The notes beneath the pieces are model-generated. The model ran no database searches, was not told the origin of the DNA, and was given only the letters and a program-made list of their open reading frames with translations. A stretch of 40,459 nucleotides of DNA. Source: a candidate division WOR-3 bacterium. Its GTDB lineage: Bacteria; Hydrothermota; Tepidihabitantia; SM23-42; JAOAFX01. Positions 17,365 to 28,055 of this stretch are shown here, piece after piece. Made by a program: the position numbers and the translations under genes. The stretch is from assembly GCA_039802265.1 (NCBI GenBank), contig JBDRWI010000014.1, positions 1-40,459 on the forward strand. Reading direction: 5' to 3'. Numbering within the stretch: position 1 is the first letter of the stretch; each line of letters opens with the position of its first letter.

Positions 17365-18117
17365 TTATCCCTCGCTTACCCGGGTTACATTCAGATTGCC
17401 CTTCTCAAGGATAATAACCGTGTCTTCAAAATGGCAGGAAAGTGAGCGGTCACAGGTCAAAATCGTCCAGCCATTGGCTGCCGTCTTGACCCTGAACCCA
17501 CCACTATTTACCATCGGTTCAATAGCAAGCACCATACCTGAGACTATTTCGGGGTCCGGACCATTCCAGACAAAATTGGGAATCATTGGGTCTTCATGTA
17601 ATTCCCTACCCACACCATGGCCAGTGAGTTCGCGCACGACACTAAATCCATTCTTCTCCACAAATTCCTGTATTGCCAGAGAGATATCCGAAATTCTATT
17701 GCCACACTTTGCAACGTTTATACCTTTTTTCAGCGCCTCTTTTGTAACCGCAACCAATCGTGCCGCCTCCTGAGGAACTTTTCCCACTATGAATGTCCGG
17801 GCAGCATCAGCAATATATCCATTATATTTAACCCCAATATCAATCTTAACCAGGTCACCTTCTTTTATTACCCGGCTGTCAGGAATACCATGCACAACTT
17901 CCTCATTCAATGAGATACAGACACTCTTGGGAAATCCCCGATAATTGTAGAATGCGGGAAGGGCATTATTCTCCCTGATTTTATTATCAATTATGTCATT
18001 TAATTCTATGGTCTTCATTCCTTTCAAATCCATTTTCTCGATCATTGAGAAGATTTTGTAAATAATATTACCGGCAATGACCACATTCTTAATAGCCTCT
18101 TCATTTAAAATAGCCAT
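17365..18117 (-). CDS. map: Methionine aminopeptidase type I
   Basis: [18 protein letters not shown] and HFEDT motifs. Confidence 0.95.
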   Translation of the reverse strand: MAILNEEAIKNVVIAGNIIYKIFSMIEKMDLKGMKTIELNDIIDNKIRENNALPAFYNYRGFPKSVCISLNEEVVHGIPDSRVIKEGDLVKIDIGVKYNGYIADAARTFIVGKVPQEAARLVAVTKEALKKGINVAKCGNRISDISLAIQEFVEKNGFSVVRELTGHGVGRELHEDPMIPNFVWNGPDPEIVSGMVLAIEPMVNSGGFRVKTAANGWTILTCDRSLSCHFEDTVIILEKGNLNVTRVSEG

Positions 18118-18751
18118 CGATTACCTGAATCAGTCTCTTGAAGACCGTTTCCTTGTCACCCAGTGCTGAAACCTGTCTGTAGATTCCCTGTGCCTTGTAG
18201 TATTCGGCAAGGGGTCTGGTTTCTTCATTATAGATTAAGAGCCGATTCTTTATTACCTGTGGGTCATCATCCGGCCGCTTCACCAGTCTTGCTCCGCACT
18301 TATCACAGATACCACTTCGCACCGGTGGATTCGTGGCTTCGTTAAATATTGCCCCACACACCGGACAGTAGTTCCGTCCGGAAATCCTTGTGATTATCTC
18401 CTCCTCGGGCAGATACAATTCAATTGCCAAAACAAGTTTCAGGTTGTGTTGAGCAAGGATGCGCTCCAATCCCAGAGCCTGGTTTAAATTCCGGGGGAAG
18501 CCGTCAAATAGGATATTTTTGTGGGAATTTTCCAAAACAAAATCTTCAACGATCTCAAAGACAATATCATCCGAAACCAGAGTTCCCTTTTTTAAAACCC
18601 CTTCAACCATCTTGCCAATTTTACTTCCCGCAGCAACTTCTTCCCTTAAGATATCGCCCATTGAAAACTTTTTAAGATTGTATTTTTGCATCAAAAGTTC
18701 AGCCTGCGTTCCCTTACCAGCACCAGGTGGTCCAAATAACAAAAACATCAA
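18101..18751 (-). CDS. adk: Adenylate kinase with Zn-type LID
   Basis: GPPGAGKGTQA, DGFPRN and CPVC/CDKC. Confidence 0.96.
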   Translation of the reverse strand: MMFLLFGPPGAGKGTQAELLMQKYNLKKFSMGDILREEVAAGSKIGKMVEGVLKKGTLVSDDIVFEIVEDFVLENSHKNILFDGFPRNLNQALGLERILAQHNLKLVLAIELYLPEEEIITRISGRNYCPVCGAIFNEATNPPVRSGICDKCGARLVKRPDDDPQVIKNRLLIYNEETRPLAEYYKAQGIYRQVSALGDKETVFKRLIQVIDGYFK

Positions 18752-20061
18752 CGGCGTCCCCTGATTCTACCCTTTTTCATAAATCCTTCATAATGATACA
18801 TCAACAACTGGGATTCAATCTGTTGTAATGTATCCAGTGCAACACCCACAATAATGAGCAGGGTGGTTCCACCAAAATAAAAAGGTACTTTTAAGAAATT
18901 GATCAGATACCACGGAACAAGGGCAATAAATCCTAAAAATATTGCACCCGGAAGGGTAATTTTGGAAAGCACTCCATCAACATAGTCGGCTGTCTTTTGC
19001 CCGGGCCTTATCCCGGGAATAAATCCTCCGTAGCGTTTCATATTATCCGCAAGTTCAGTAGGGTTAAAGACAATTGAGGTATAAAAATAGGTGAAGAAAA
19101 TAATCAGGGCAAAATAGATTAAATCATAGGCCCAGAAGCCGGGTTTGAATACATCGGTTAGATACTTGAGACTCGGCACATAGGCCGCAACTGTTCCCGG
19201 AAAGACCACCAGGGACTGGGCAAAGATTATGGGAATAACACCGGCAGTATTCACCCGGAGGGGCAAAAATGTAGACTGTCCTCCGTACATCCTCCGGCCG
19301 ATTACCCTCTTTGGATATTGAACTGGAATTCTGCGGGTTGCCTGGGTCATTACAATTACCGCTGCCACGATCAAGACCATAATCACTACCACAATTAAAA
19401 GATTGATAAGTGTTATACCACCTGTCCCAACCATCTGGGCGGTTCTCATAAAGTAGATTGGATATTCCTCAAGGCAGCCGATAAAAATCAGAAATGAAAT
19501 GCCATTGCCAATACCCTTTTCGGTTATCTGTTCTCCTATCCACATGGCAAATATTGCACCGCAGGTAAGGGTCAACATTGCCGTTAGCCGGAATGCCCAA
19601 CCGGGATTGTAAACTATCGCCATCGTGCCTTCTGGACCGTTAAATTTCTGCATCTCAAGGAATACCGCAATACCGAACGCCTGAAATGCCGCCAGCCCCA
19701 CAGTGAGATACCGGGTATACTGGGTAATCTTTCTTCTCCCTGCCTGGTCACGCTGCAATTTCTCAATTTGAGGAAATACTGAGCCGAGCAATTGAAAGAT
19801 GATGGAAGAAGATATATAAGGCATTACACCCAAAAATAGTATTGCCGCCCTTGATAGGGCACCACCCACAAATATATCATACATCCCGAATAGCGAACCC
19901 TGCTGTTTTAATTGCTGCATCAAAAGTCCAAGTGCCTGGGCGTTTATCCCGGGTAGGGGAAGATGTGCACCCAGACGGTAGACTGCTACCGCCCCCAAGG
20001 TAAAGAGAAGTTTCCTTTTTAAGTCAGGAACCCTGAATATATTCTGAAATGTGGAGATCAC
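18748..20061 (-). CDS. secY: Preprotein translocase SecY
   Basis: GIGNGIS, IPGIRPG and [11 protein letters not shown] motifs. Confidence 0.97.
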   Translation of the reverse strand: MISTFQNIFRVPDLKRKLLFTLGAVAVYRLGAHLPLPGINAQALGLLMQQLKQQGSLFGMYDIFVGGALSRAAILFLGVMPYISSSIIFQLLGSVFPQIEKLQRDQAGRRKITQYTRYLTVGLAAFQAFGIAVFLEMQKFNGPEGTMAIVYNPGWAFRLTAMLTLTCGAIFAMWIGEQITEKGIGNGISFLIFIGCLEEYPIYFMRTAQMVGTGGITLINLLIVVVIMVLIVAAVIVMTQATRRIPVQYPKRVIGRRMYGGQSTFLPLRVNTAGVIPIIFAQSLVVFPGTVAAYVPSLKYLTDVFKPGFWAYDLIYFALIIFFTYFYTSIVFNPTELADNMKRYGGFIPGIRPGQKTADYVDGVLSKITLPGAIFLGFIALVPWYLINFLKVPFYFGGTTLLIIVGVALDTLQQIESQLLMYHYEGFMKKGRIRGRR

Positions 20062-20498
20062 TCTATCCTCTCAATCCTTCCCTTTGCCGCCAAGATTTTC
20101 TCCTCTGCCTTCTTTGAAAAGGCATGTGCCTTTACTACCAGGGGATGTTTGAGTTCACCTTGACTCAAAACCTTTACCAGAGAATCGTCTTTGATTATCC
20201 CTCTTTCCTTTAACAATTGGGGCGTTACGATGGTGTTGGGTTCAAACCGGTTCAACTGGAATAGATTAACAATTTCATATTCCTTCTTGAAGATATTAAC
20301 AAATCCGCGCTTGGGAATTCTGCGGGTCAAAGGCATCTGACCACCTTCAAATCCCATTTTGAGTCGGTAGCCCGAGCGCTGTTTGTGCCCCTTGTGCCCT
20401 CGGGTTGAGGTCTTACCATGGCCAGAACCCGGTCCACAACCCACGCGCTTTCTTTTCTTTATCGCTCCGGAAGGAGGTCTCAATTCACTTAGTTTCAT
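20058..20498 (-). CDS. rplO: 50S ribosomal protein L15
   Basis: [18 protein letters not shown] motif. Confidence 0.97.
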   Translation of the reverse strand: MKLSELRPPSGAIKKRKRVGCGPGSGHGKTSTRGHKGHKQRSGYRLKMGFEGGQMPLTRRIPKRGFVNIFKKEYEIVNLFQLNRFEPNTIVTPQLLKERGIIKDDSLVKVLSQGELKHPLVVKAHAFSKKAEEKILAAKGRIERIE

Positions 20499-20682
20499 CT
20501 TCTACTATCTCCTCAATTGCTACCATATAGGAGATCTTTTTCAACATTCCGCGAATTGCCTTATTATCGGGAAAAATCCTGGATTGTCCAATCTTTTTTA
20601 AACCTAATGCCCTGAGGGTGAGTTTGTGTTTTTTTATCTTGTCAATCAGACTTTTCTTTAAGGTCACCTTTATTTTCTTCAT
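20485..20682 (-). CDS. rpmD: 50S ribosomal protein L30
   Basis: [13 protein letters not shown]...LRALGL; lies between rpsE and rplO. Confidence 0.92.
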   Translation of the reverse strand: MKKIKVTLKKSLIDKIKKHKLTLRALGLKKIGQSRIFPDNKAIRGMLKKISYMVAIEEIVEDETK

Positions 20683-21181
20683 ATTGCCTTCGTTTAGCAA
20701 TAAAATAATCAATTGGTTTATTTCTCATTTCAGCAGTCTTTTGAATGGAACGAATTGACCTGAGTGCCTTTATCGTTGCCATTGCCAGATTTGTCGGATT
20801 TCTTGAGCCGAATGCCTTGGAAAGGATATTCTTTATTCCCGCGGCCTGACACACTGCCCGCACCGCATTTGAGGCAATTATTCCACTGCCCGGAAGGGCG
20901 GGTTTCAAAATCACCTTACTTGCTGAATATTTTCCGAAGACGGAATGTAAAATTGTGCCCTCGTGCACATTCACCTCAACCATATTCTTCTTTGCGATCT
21001 CGGTTGCCTTTTTTATTGCTGGAGCAACCTCGGCCGATTTTGCATGGCCAATACCCACTTTGCCTGAGCCATCACCAACGACCACACAGGCATATAGTTT
21101 TAATCGCTTTCCTCCTTTAATTACCTTTGAAACCCTTTTAAGTTCGACGAGCTTCTCCACCAGTTCTATCGTCTCTTCCAT
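20642..21181 (-). CDS. rpsE: 30S ribosomal protein S5
   Basis: RVSKVIKGGK and VVVGDG.G.VG motifs. Confidence 0.96.
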   Translation of the reverse strand: MEETIELVEKLVELKRVSKVIKGGKRLKLYACVVVGDGSGKVGIGHAKSAEVAPAIKKATEIAKKNMVEVNVHEGTILHSVFGKYSASKVILKPALPGSGIIASNAVRAVCQAAGIKNILSKAFGSRNPTNLAMATIKALRSIRSIQKTAEMRNKPIDYFIAKRRQYEENKGDLKEKSD

Positions 21182-21194
21182 AATTCTCCTTTTT

Positions 21195-21536
21195 TCAGAA
21201 CTTTAGCCCTGCTTCACGCGCGCCCTCAGCCAGTGCCTTTATCCGGCCATGATAACGATAGCCGGCGCGGTCAAAACTGACCTCCTTGATTCCCTTGCTT
21301 AATGCAATCTGGGCAATCATCCTGCCAATCTGTGCCGCAATCGCTGTTTTATTACCCTTTAATTCCGGTTTCTTTATTGAAGAAACCCCGCATATAACTT
21401 TGCCCTGTGTATCGTCAATAAGCTGTGCATAGATATGCTTGTTACTGCGGAATACACACAGTCTTGGTTTTTCCGGGGTTCCGATTACCTTTTTCCTTAC
21501 CCTTTTATGCCTTCTTTCTCTGCCAGTTAGTTTCAT
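21195..21536 (-). CDS. rplR: 50S ribosomal protein L18
   Basis: [15 protein letters not shown] and [16 protein letters not shown] motifs. Confidence 0.97.
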   Translation of the reverse strand: MKLTGRERRHKRVRKKVIGTPEKPRLCVFRSNKHIYAQLIDDTQGKVICGVSSIKKPELKGNKTAIAAQIGRMIAQIALSKGIKEVSFDRAGYRYHGRIKALAEGAREAGLKF

Positions 21537-21544
21537 ACTTGATG

Positions 21545-22117
21545 CTATGTTGCCTGGACCACTGCCCTCTTACCAACTTTCTTTCTTAGATATTCATCCG
21601 CGTACTTTACGCCCTTATGTTTGTACGGGTCCGGCTCGCGTGTCTTTCTTATTAACGCCGCAATGTCACCAACAAGCTGTTTGTCAATTCCCTTTACTGT
21701 AATGTAGGTTAAATCACCCTTATCTGCACTCTTTACCGTCTGCAGTTCACACTTTATCCCCGCAGGTAATGGAATAGTTACCGGCTTTGTATACCCAACA
21801 AACAATTGAAGTCCACCCCCACCAAGTTGTGCCCTGTATCCGGTTCCCTGAACAACCAGGGTCTTTGAATAACCGCTCAGCACTCCGGTAATCATATTGG
21901 CAATCAGAGTCCGCGTGGTTCCCTGCTGACTGATTGATTGTTTTGTCTGGTCCTTATTCACGACAAAGATCGACCGGTCTTTTAATTCAACCCGGACATT
22001 ATCGGCAATCTTAAGCTCAAGCTGCCCGAGTGGGCCTTTTACCTGTACGAGATTGTCCTTGACCGAGATGTTCACCTTTTCCGGAATTGCTATTGGTTTA
22101 TTCCTCAGTTTTGCCAT
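21545..22117 (-). CDS. rplF: 50S ribosomal protein L6
   Basis: VKGPLGQL and [11 protein letters not shown] motifs. Confidence 0.95.
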   Translation of the reverse strand: MAKLRNKPIAIPEKVNISVKDNLVQVKGPLGQLELKIADNVRVELKDRSIFVVNKDQTKQSISQQGTTRTLIANMITGVLSGYSKTLVVQGTGYRAQLGGGGLQLFVGYTKPVTIPLPAGIKCELQTVKSADKGDLTYITVKGIDKQLVGDIAALIRKTREPDPYKHKGVKYADEYLRKKVGKRAVVQAT

Positions 22118-22128
22118 AGTAAGATTTT

Positions 22129-22518
22129 TTAATAGACATAGCCAATTACTTCACCACCTACCCTTTCCCTCTTTGCCCGGACACCGGTCATCACACCCTT
22201 GGGGGTGGTGAGGATGACAACACCAAGACCTCCCAGAACCTTGGGAATTTCATCTTTTGAGACATATACCCTTCTTGAGCATCTTGAAACCCGCACGATG
22301 TCTTTTATCACTGATTCGCCTTCCTTTGAATATTTCAAAAGGATATTTATCTTTCGCGGTCGCTTCTCTGAATCGAGCGTAAAGTTATTAATAAACCCTT
22401 CCTCTAAGAGAATACGCAGAATTTCCACCTTCAATTTTGAATAAGGAATGGTTATCTCCGCCTTATTTGCGCGACAGCCATTTCTGATAATCGTAAACAT
22501 ATCAGCGATCGGGTCCAT
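22129..22518 (-). CDS. rpsH: 30S ribosomal protein S8
   Basis: DPIADMFTIIRNG and GLGVVILTTPKGV motifs. Confidence 0.97.
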   Translation of the reverse strand: MDPIADMFTIIRNGCRANKAEITIPYSKLKVEILRILLEEGFINNFTLDSEKRPRKINILLKYSKEGESVIKDIVRVSRCSRRVYVSKDEIPKVLGGLGVVILTTPKGVMTGVRAKRERVGGEVIGYVY

Positions 22519-22572
22519 AGGCCTCCCTGATCGTCAATGATAGATTGGCAATAATAAAATTCATAGACTTTA

Positions 22573-22600
22573 ATTATAATCAAATTTTAGAAAAAGTCAA
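22573..22600 (-). promoter_or_regulatory. Sigma70 promoter for the rpsH operon
   Basis: TTGACT-N16-TATAAT on the minus strand. Confidence 0.75.
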
Positions 22601-22711
22601 CTGTTGATTTAACAACTTTCAAAAAGCATAAATCTTTTAAAATTACCTTGCCTTATCCGGTGTAATGCCATTAGGTAAGAGGGGGGATAGGTGATAGAAA
22701 AACCCGGTTAA

Positions 22712-22739
22712 TTGACACCCTTTCAAAATTAGGTATAAT
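22712..22739 (+). promoter_or_regulatory. Sigma70 promoter for the Lon-like gene
   Basis: TTGACA-N16-TATAAT. Confidence 0.8.
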
Positions 22740-22778
22740 ATAGTCTAACGAATCAAGCGATAGTGAAAGGAGGATAAG

Positions 22779-25223
22779 ATGGCAGGGCGACGAAATCCAC
22801 TGGAATTAAAACCAGATGATTTGAGATGGGAATGTAATCCAAATTTATTAAAATTTAAATCAAGCGATGATATTGCAGTTTGCGAAGGGATTATCGGTCA
22901 ACCCCGGGCAGTTGAAGCCCTGAAGTTAGGCTTGAATGTCAAATATCCTGGCTATAATATTTTTATTACTGGTCCGGTGGGGACCGGTCGTACCACGGCG
23001 ATAACAAAATTGCTTGAAGAACTGAAGAGCAAAAAAGGAGAGTTGAAAGACCTTTTATATGTGAACAATTTTAAAAATCCTGATTTACCAAAACTCATTG
23101 TCCTTAATGCAGGGCAGGGGAAGAGATTAAAAGAAAGTATGTCCGAGCTCATCTATCACTTAAGGCAGAGCATCCCTCAGGTCTTTTCCAGTGAAGAGTA
23201 TCAGCGACGAAGACAGAAGATCATAAACAAATTTGAGGAAGAGCAGAAGAAGTTAATAACTGAATTTGAAAAGAAGGTTGAGGCACAGGGGTTCAAACTC
23301 GTCCAGGTTCAGATGGGACCGTTTGTTCGCCCGGCAATTTTACCAACAATTGATGGGAAGCCGGTAAATCTGGAGGAGTTTGAAACACTCATCCAGGAGG
23401 GCAAATTAAAAGAAGAAGATGTAAATCGGATAAAAGAGAATATTCAGAAACTTGAGGAAGAGATGGGCGCAATTTATACAAAGACAAAGGAATACCAGAA
23501 CGCGGCAAATGATGAGTTGAACCGATTAAACGAATGGATTGTAAAGCCGGTGGTGGTCGGGCTCATCGATGAAATCCGCAAAAAATTTGATAACAAAAAG
23601 ATTAATGAATATCTCGACGAGGTCCTCGCTGAGATTTTAACCAATCTTGACCGGTTCTTAAAGAAAGAGGCAAAACCCGACGAATTCCGGGAATTTGATG
23701 TAAATCTTTTGGTAGACAATTCCGAAAGCAAAACCATACCGGTCATCTTTGAGACATCACCATCTTTTAAGAATCTCTTTGGGACCATTGAAAGATACAC
23801 TGTGGCACCCGGGATGACGATAAGTGACTTTCTCAATATAAAGGCCGGTTCATTTCTGCGCGCCAACGGCGGTTATCTGGTCGTGAATGCATTTGATGCC
23901 TTAGTTGAACCCTGGGTCTGGCAGACACTGAAACGGGCATTGAGGAATGGTGTGGTGGATATTCAAGTCTTTGACCCATTCTATCTCTTCTCCAGTTCAG
24001 CATTAAAACCCGAACCAATATCGGTGGATGTAAAGGTGGTAATGATTGGTAGCGAATGGCTTTATTATTTGCTATACTACGGTGATGAGGACTTCAAGAC
24101 CATCTTCAAGGTAAAGGCTGACTTTGATACCGAGATGACAAAGGACATAAAAAATATCAATGAATATGCGTCCTTTATCAAATCAGTCTGCCAATCCGAG
24201 GGTCTACTTCCTTTTACCAAAGAGGCAATCGCCGATATTATTGAATACGGCGTGCGTTTGACTGGAAGGAAGGATAAGATATCCACCCGTTTTCATATTA
24301 TCGCCGACATCATAAGGGAATCTGATTACTGGGCGAGGCAGGCGAAGCGGAACGAAATAACTGCGGAGGATGTTGAAAACGCTATTGCCGGCTGGCAGCG
24401 CCGGGTAAATATGTATGAGGACAAAATTCACGAACTAATCCAGAAAGATATTCTTATGATACAAACCAGGGGGAAGGCGGTGGGGCAGGTAAATGGTCTT
24501 TCTATTTATCAACTCGGTGATTATACATTCGGGCGACCCACAAAAATAACGGCCAAGACATCCATTGGCCGCGCCGGTATCATCAATATTGAAAGAGAGG
24601 CAAACCTTGCCGGGAGAACATTTAATAAGGGGGTTCTGATTCTATCGGGATTCCTGCGCTCCCGCTACGCCCAGGATATCCCCCTCTCAATGGATACAAC
24701 AATTGGATTTGAGCAATCCTACAGTGAAATTGATGGAGATTCAGCATCCAGCGCCGAGGTCTATGCTATTCTATCGGCTCTCTCAAATGTTCCACTGAAT
24801 CAGGGCATTGCGGTAACCGGTTCGGTAAACCAAAACGGTGAAATTCAGCCAATCGGTGGCGTGAATGAAAAGATTGAAGGTTTCTATGAGGTGTGCAAGG
24901 CAAAGGGGCTTACCGGGAGTCAGGGTGTGATTATTCCTAAGGCCAATGTTGGTGATTTGATGCTGAAACCAGAGGTTGTGTCAGCGGTCAAGGCAGGAAA
25001 ATTTCATATTTATGCAATAAAGACAATTGACGAAGGAATTGAGATTCTCACCGGCATAAAGGCAGGAAAAAGGACAAAGGCAGGTTTTGAAAAGAACAGC
25101 ATAAATTATCTTGTTGAGAAAAAACTAAGGGAATACGCTGAAAAGATGAGGGGATACACTAAAGAAGATGAGAAGAAGAAAGAGGATAAAAAGAAGAAGG
25201 CCGGGGTTAATAAGAAAACTTAG
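22779..25223 (+). CDS. Lon-family (S16) protease, LonC-like
   Basis: IGQPRA, degenerate Walker A GPVGTGRTT, RANGGYL, and catalytic DGDSAS...GGVNEK. Confidence 0.88.
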   Translation: MAGRRNPLELKPDDLRWECNPNLLKFKSSDDIAVCEGIIGQPRAVEALKLGLNVKYPGYNIFITGPVGTGRTTAITKLLEELKSKKGELKDLLYVNNFKNPDLPKLIVLNAGQGKRLKESMSELIYHLRQSIPQVFSSEEYQRRRQKIINKFEEEQKKLITEFEKKVEAQGFKLVQVQMGPFVRPAILPTIDGKPVNLEEFETLIQEGKLKEEDVNRIKENIQKLEEEMGAIYTKTKEYQNAANDELNRLNEWIVKPVVVGLIDEIRKKFDNKKINEYLDEVLAEILTNLDRFLKKEAKPDEFREFDVNLLVDNSESKTIPVIFETSPSFKNLFGTIERYTVAPGMTISDFLNIKAGSFLRANGGYLVVNAFDALVEPWVWQTLKRALRNGVVDIQVFDPFYLFSSSALKPEPISVDVKVVMIGSEWLYYLLYYGDEDFKTIFKVKADFDTEMTKDIKNINEYASFIKSVCQSEGLLPFTKEAIADIIEYGVRLTGRKDKISTRFHIIADIIRESDYWARQAKRNEITAEDVENAIAGWQRRVNMYEDKIHELIQKDILMIQTRGKAVGQVNGLSIYQLGDYTFGRPTKITAKTSIGRAGIINIEREANLAGRTFNKGVLILSGFLRSRYAQDIPLSMDTTIGFEQSYSEIDGDSASSAEVYAILSALSNVPLNQGIAVTGSVNQNGEIQPIGGVNEKIEGFYEVCKAKGLTGSQGVIIPKANVGDLMLKPEVVSAVKAGKFHIYAIKTIDEGIEILTGIKAGKRTKAGFEKNSINYLVEKKLREYAEKMRGYTKEDEKKKEDKKKKAGVNKKT

Positions 25224-25252
25224 CAAGTTTTGCTCTAACCCCAGCCTCTGTG

Positions 25253-25474
25253 TTACTTCTTCAAACGATAGGTTGCTGGCTTTACCTTCTTGAATATATC
25301 CAGGTGCCGATTGATTGTGATATATACCGAGCGCTCAGGTTCCTTTCTGTGAAATTTGTAGCCTCTTTTCTTGAGGCGTTCGGTTATCTCTCGATAATGC
25401 AATGGTCCCTTGCTTTTCTTTAGAATATCAATTATTAATTCCTTTATCGTAGCGCGCTTCTTTTTTGCCTTCAT
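25253..25474 (-). CDS. Small basic winged-helix protein (HARE-HTH-like)
   Basis: TIKELIIDILKKSKGPLHYREIT...F.KVKPATYRL; RBS AAGGAGG; own promoter at 25546-25573. Confidence 0.7.
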   Translation of the reverse strand: MKAKKKRATIKELIIDILKKSKGPLHYREITERLKKRGYKFHRKEPERSVYITINRHLDIFKKVKPATYRLKK

Positions 25475-25587
25475 ACTACCTCCTTAAAATCTTTCCTGTT
25501 TCTCCCTACCATAGGGAGAAAGGGCCGCTCAGAAACATATAATACATTATACTGATAATTATTCAAATGTCAAGTAGCGGTTATTCA

Positions 25588-28035
25588 TCAAACTACAAAG
25601 TTCATTAACTTTCCAGGTACATATATTACATTTTTAATCTCTTTATTATTGAGATATTTCTTTATTTTTTCATCATTCAGAGCCAGATCTTTAATTCGCT
25701 CCTGTTCGGTTCCTTTTTCCACTACAATATGACTGCGCACCTTACCGTTGATCTGAACGACGATTGTCATAATATTTTCTGAAATATAATCTTTATCATA
25801 ATCCAGCCACTTTTCCAGAAGCAAGCTCCGCTCCCGGTTATAAACCAAAGACCACAATTCATCGGCAAGGTGGGGTGCAAAGGGAGATAAGAGATTGATC
25901 AATACATAGATGCCGTAGCCAAAGACAATGTCCTTTTCTTTATATAAATAAAGTTCATTGATTAATTCCCAAAGGGCCGCAATGGCGGTATTGAATTTGA
26001 ATCCCTCCAGGTCTTCATTCACCCGGAAGATGGTCTGATTGATTTTGATGTATAACTTTTGCTGTACCTGATTGAAGGGACCATTTGGTTTATCTTTGTA
26101 AACAAATTCTCTATTCTCGGTGACAAGGCGGTAGATTCTTTCTAAAAACCTCTGTGCTCCAGTTACCCCCTCATCACTCCATTCCATATCCCTTTCCGGG
26201 GGTGCCGCAAAAAGAATGGTAATTCTTGCGACATCGGCACCGTATTTCTCAACAAATGGTCCAACGGGAACTGCATTACCTTTAGACTTTGACATCACCT
26301 CTCCGTTTCTCAACACCATACCCTGGGTGAAGAGATTCACCGCTGGCTCGTCAACCGGTATCAAGCCCGCATCATACAGAACCTTGGTGAAGAATCGGAA
26401 ATAGATAAGATGACCTGTAGCATGTTCAATGCCACCAATATACTGGTCAATGGGTAGCCATTTTTGCGCATTCTCGTAGGTACAGAAAAACTTTTCATTC
26501 TTTGGGTCAAGGTATCTTAAAAAATACCAGGATGAACATACGAAGGTATCCATTGTATCCGGGTCACGATGCGCCGGACCGTTGCAGACAGGACAATTTG
26601 TATTGATAAATTCGCTCACTCCAGCCAGCGGAGACTTGCCTTTTGGGATAAAATCTTTTATTTCTTCCGGCAACATAACCGGCAATTGCGCTTCAGGGAC
26701 CGGTACTACACCACAACGGTCACAATAGATGATGGGAATTGGGGCACCCCAGTAGCGTTGCCGGGAAATCAACCAGTCTTTTATCCGGTAATTCAATGCC
26801 TTTCCACCCAGTCCTCTTTTTTGTAGGAATTCAGTGATTGCCGCAATGCCCTGTTTCGATTCCAGACCGCTGAATTGACCGGAGTTAACCATTATACCGT
26901 AGTCAACAAAGGCGTCTTGCATCCGAGCAGCATCAATTTCTCCCTGAACTGGCTTCACAACAACTTTTATTGGTAGATTATATTTTTTCGCAAATTGGAA
27001 ATCTCTTGAATCGTGGGCGGGCACACCCATAACTACTCCACTGCCATATTCAGCCAGGACATAATCTGCAACAAAGATTGGTATTTCTTCCTGATTTACC
27101 GGATTTAAGGCATAAAGACCGGTATGGACACCGTCCTTCTCTTTGCTGGCACGCTCAAGCAAACTCTTCTTACCCGCCTCACGGATGTAATTTCTGACTG
27201 CAGTTTCATTAGGTGTATTCCTGATCAATTCATCCATCAAAGGGTGTTCCGGAGCAATTGAAAGAAATGTAACACCGAAGATTGTATCAGCCCGGGTTGT
27301 AAAGACCTCAAGTTTTAGGTTTCTGTCTTTTACCATAAAACATACATTCGTTCCTTCACTTTTCCCAATCCAGTTTCTTTGCATCTGTTTTACCCGCTCG
27401 GGCCAGCCTGTTAATCTGTCTAAATCATTCAAAAGTCTTTCGGCATAATCTGTTATTTTGAAAAACCATTGATTCAACTTCCTTCGTTCAATTGGTGAAC
27501 GACAGTTGGAACGATAACATCTTCCTTCAACCACCTGTTCATTTGCTAAGACTGTCTGGCACCCGGGACACCAGTTTACATAAGCTTCTTTCTTATAAGC
27601 CAATCCCCTTTTATACATCAATAAAAACATCCACTGTGTCCATTTGTAGTAATCAGGCTGGCAGGTAATTATCTCCCGGGACCAATCATAACTAATTCCC
27701 AGTGATTTGAGCGATTCGTCAGATACCCTGATATTCTGGTAGGTCCACACCCGGGGATGAATTCCCTCCTCAATTGCCCGATTCTCAGCCGGCAGTCCAA
27801 ATGCATCCCAACCAAAGGGATGTAATACATCGTATCCCTTTCTCCTTTTGTACCGGGCAATTACATCGCCGATAACATAATTTTTGCAATGTCCCATATG
27901 GATATCGCCGGAAGGATAGGCAAACATAACCAGACAGTAATACTTATTCTGCGGATTATCCGGGGTTGAAAAAAGGCCCCGCTCCTGCCAGAATTTTTGC
28001 CATTTCTTTTCCACTAACAGATGGTGATAAATCAT
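25588..28035 (-). CDS. leuS: Leucyl-tRNA synthetase
   Basis: YPSGDIHMGH, DWLISRQRYWG and MSKSK motifs. Confidence 0.97.
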   Translation of the reverse strand: MIYHHLLVEKKWQKFWQERGLFSTPDNPQNKYYCLVMFAYPSGDIHMGHCKNYVIGDVIARYKRRKGYDVLHPFGWDAFGLPAENRAIEEGIHPRVWTYQNIRVSDESLKSLGISYDWSREIITCQPDYYKWTQWMFLLMYKRGLAYKKEAYVNWCPGCQTVLANEQVVEGRCYRSNCRSPIERRKLNQWFFKITDYAERLLNDLDRLTGWPERVKQMQRNWIGKSEGTNVCFMVKDRNLKLEVFTTRADTIFGVTFLSIAPEHPLMDELIRNTPNETAVRNYIREAGKKSLLERASKEKDGVHTGLYALNPVNQEEIPIFVADYVLAEYGSGVVMGVPAHDSRDFQFAKKYNLPIKVVVKPVQGEIDAARMQDAFVDYGIMVNSGQFSGLESKQGIAAITEFLQKRGLGGKALNYRIKDWLISRQRYWGAPIPIIYCDRCGVVPVPEAQLPVMLPEEIKDFIPKGKSPLAGVSEFINTNCPVCNGPAHRDPDTMDTFVCSSWYFLRYLDPKNEKFFCTYENAQKWLPIDQYIGGIEHATGHLIYFRFFTKVLYDAGLIPVDEPAVNLFTQGMVLRNGEVMSKSKGNAVPVGPFVEKYGADVARITILFAAPPERDMEWSDEGVTGAQRFLERIYRLVTENREFVYKDKPNGPFNQVQQKLYIKINQTIFRVNEDLEGFKFNTAIAALWELINELYLYKEKDIVFGYGIYVLINLLSPFAPHLADELWSLVYNRERSLLLEKWLDYDKDYISENIMTIVVQINGKVRSHIVVEKGTEQERIKDLALNDEKIKKYLNNKEIKNVIYVPGKLMNFVV

Positions 28036-28055
28036 AGTTTGAAGTTAGTTTTCTA

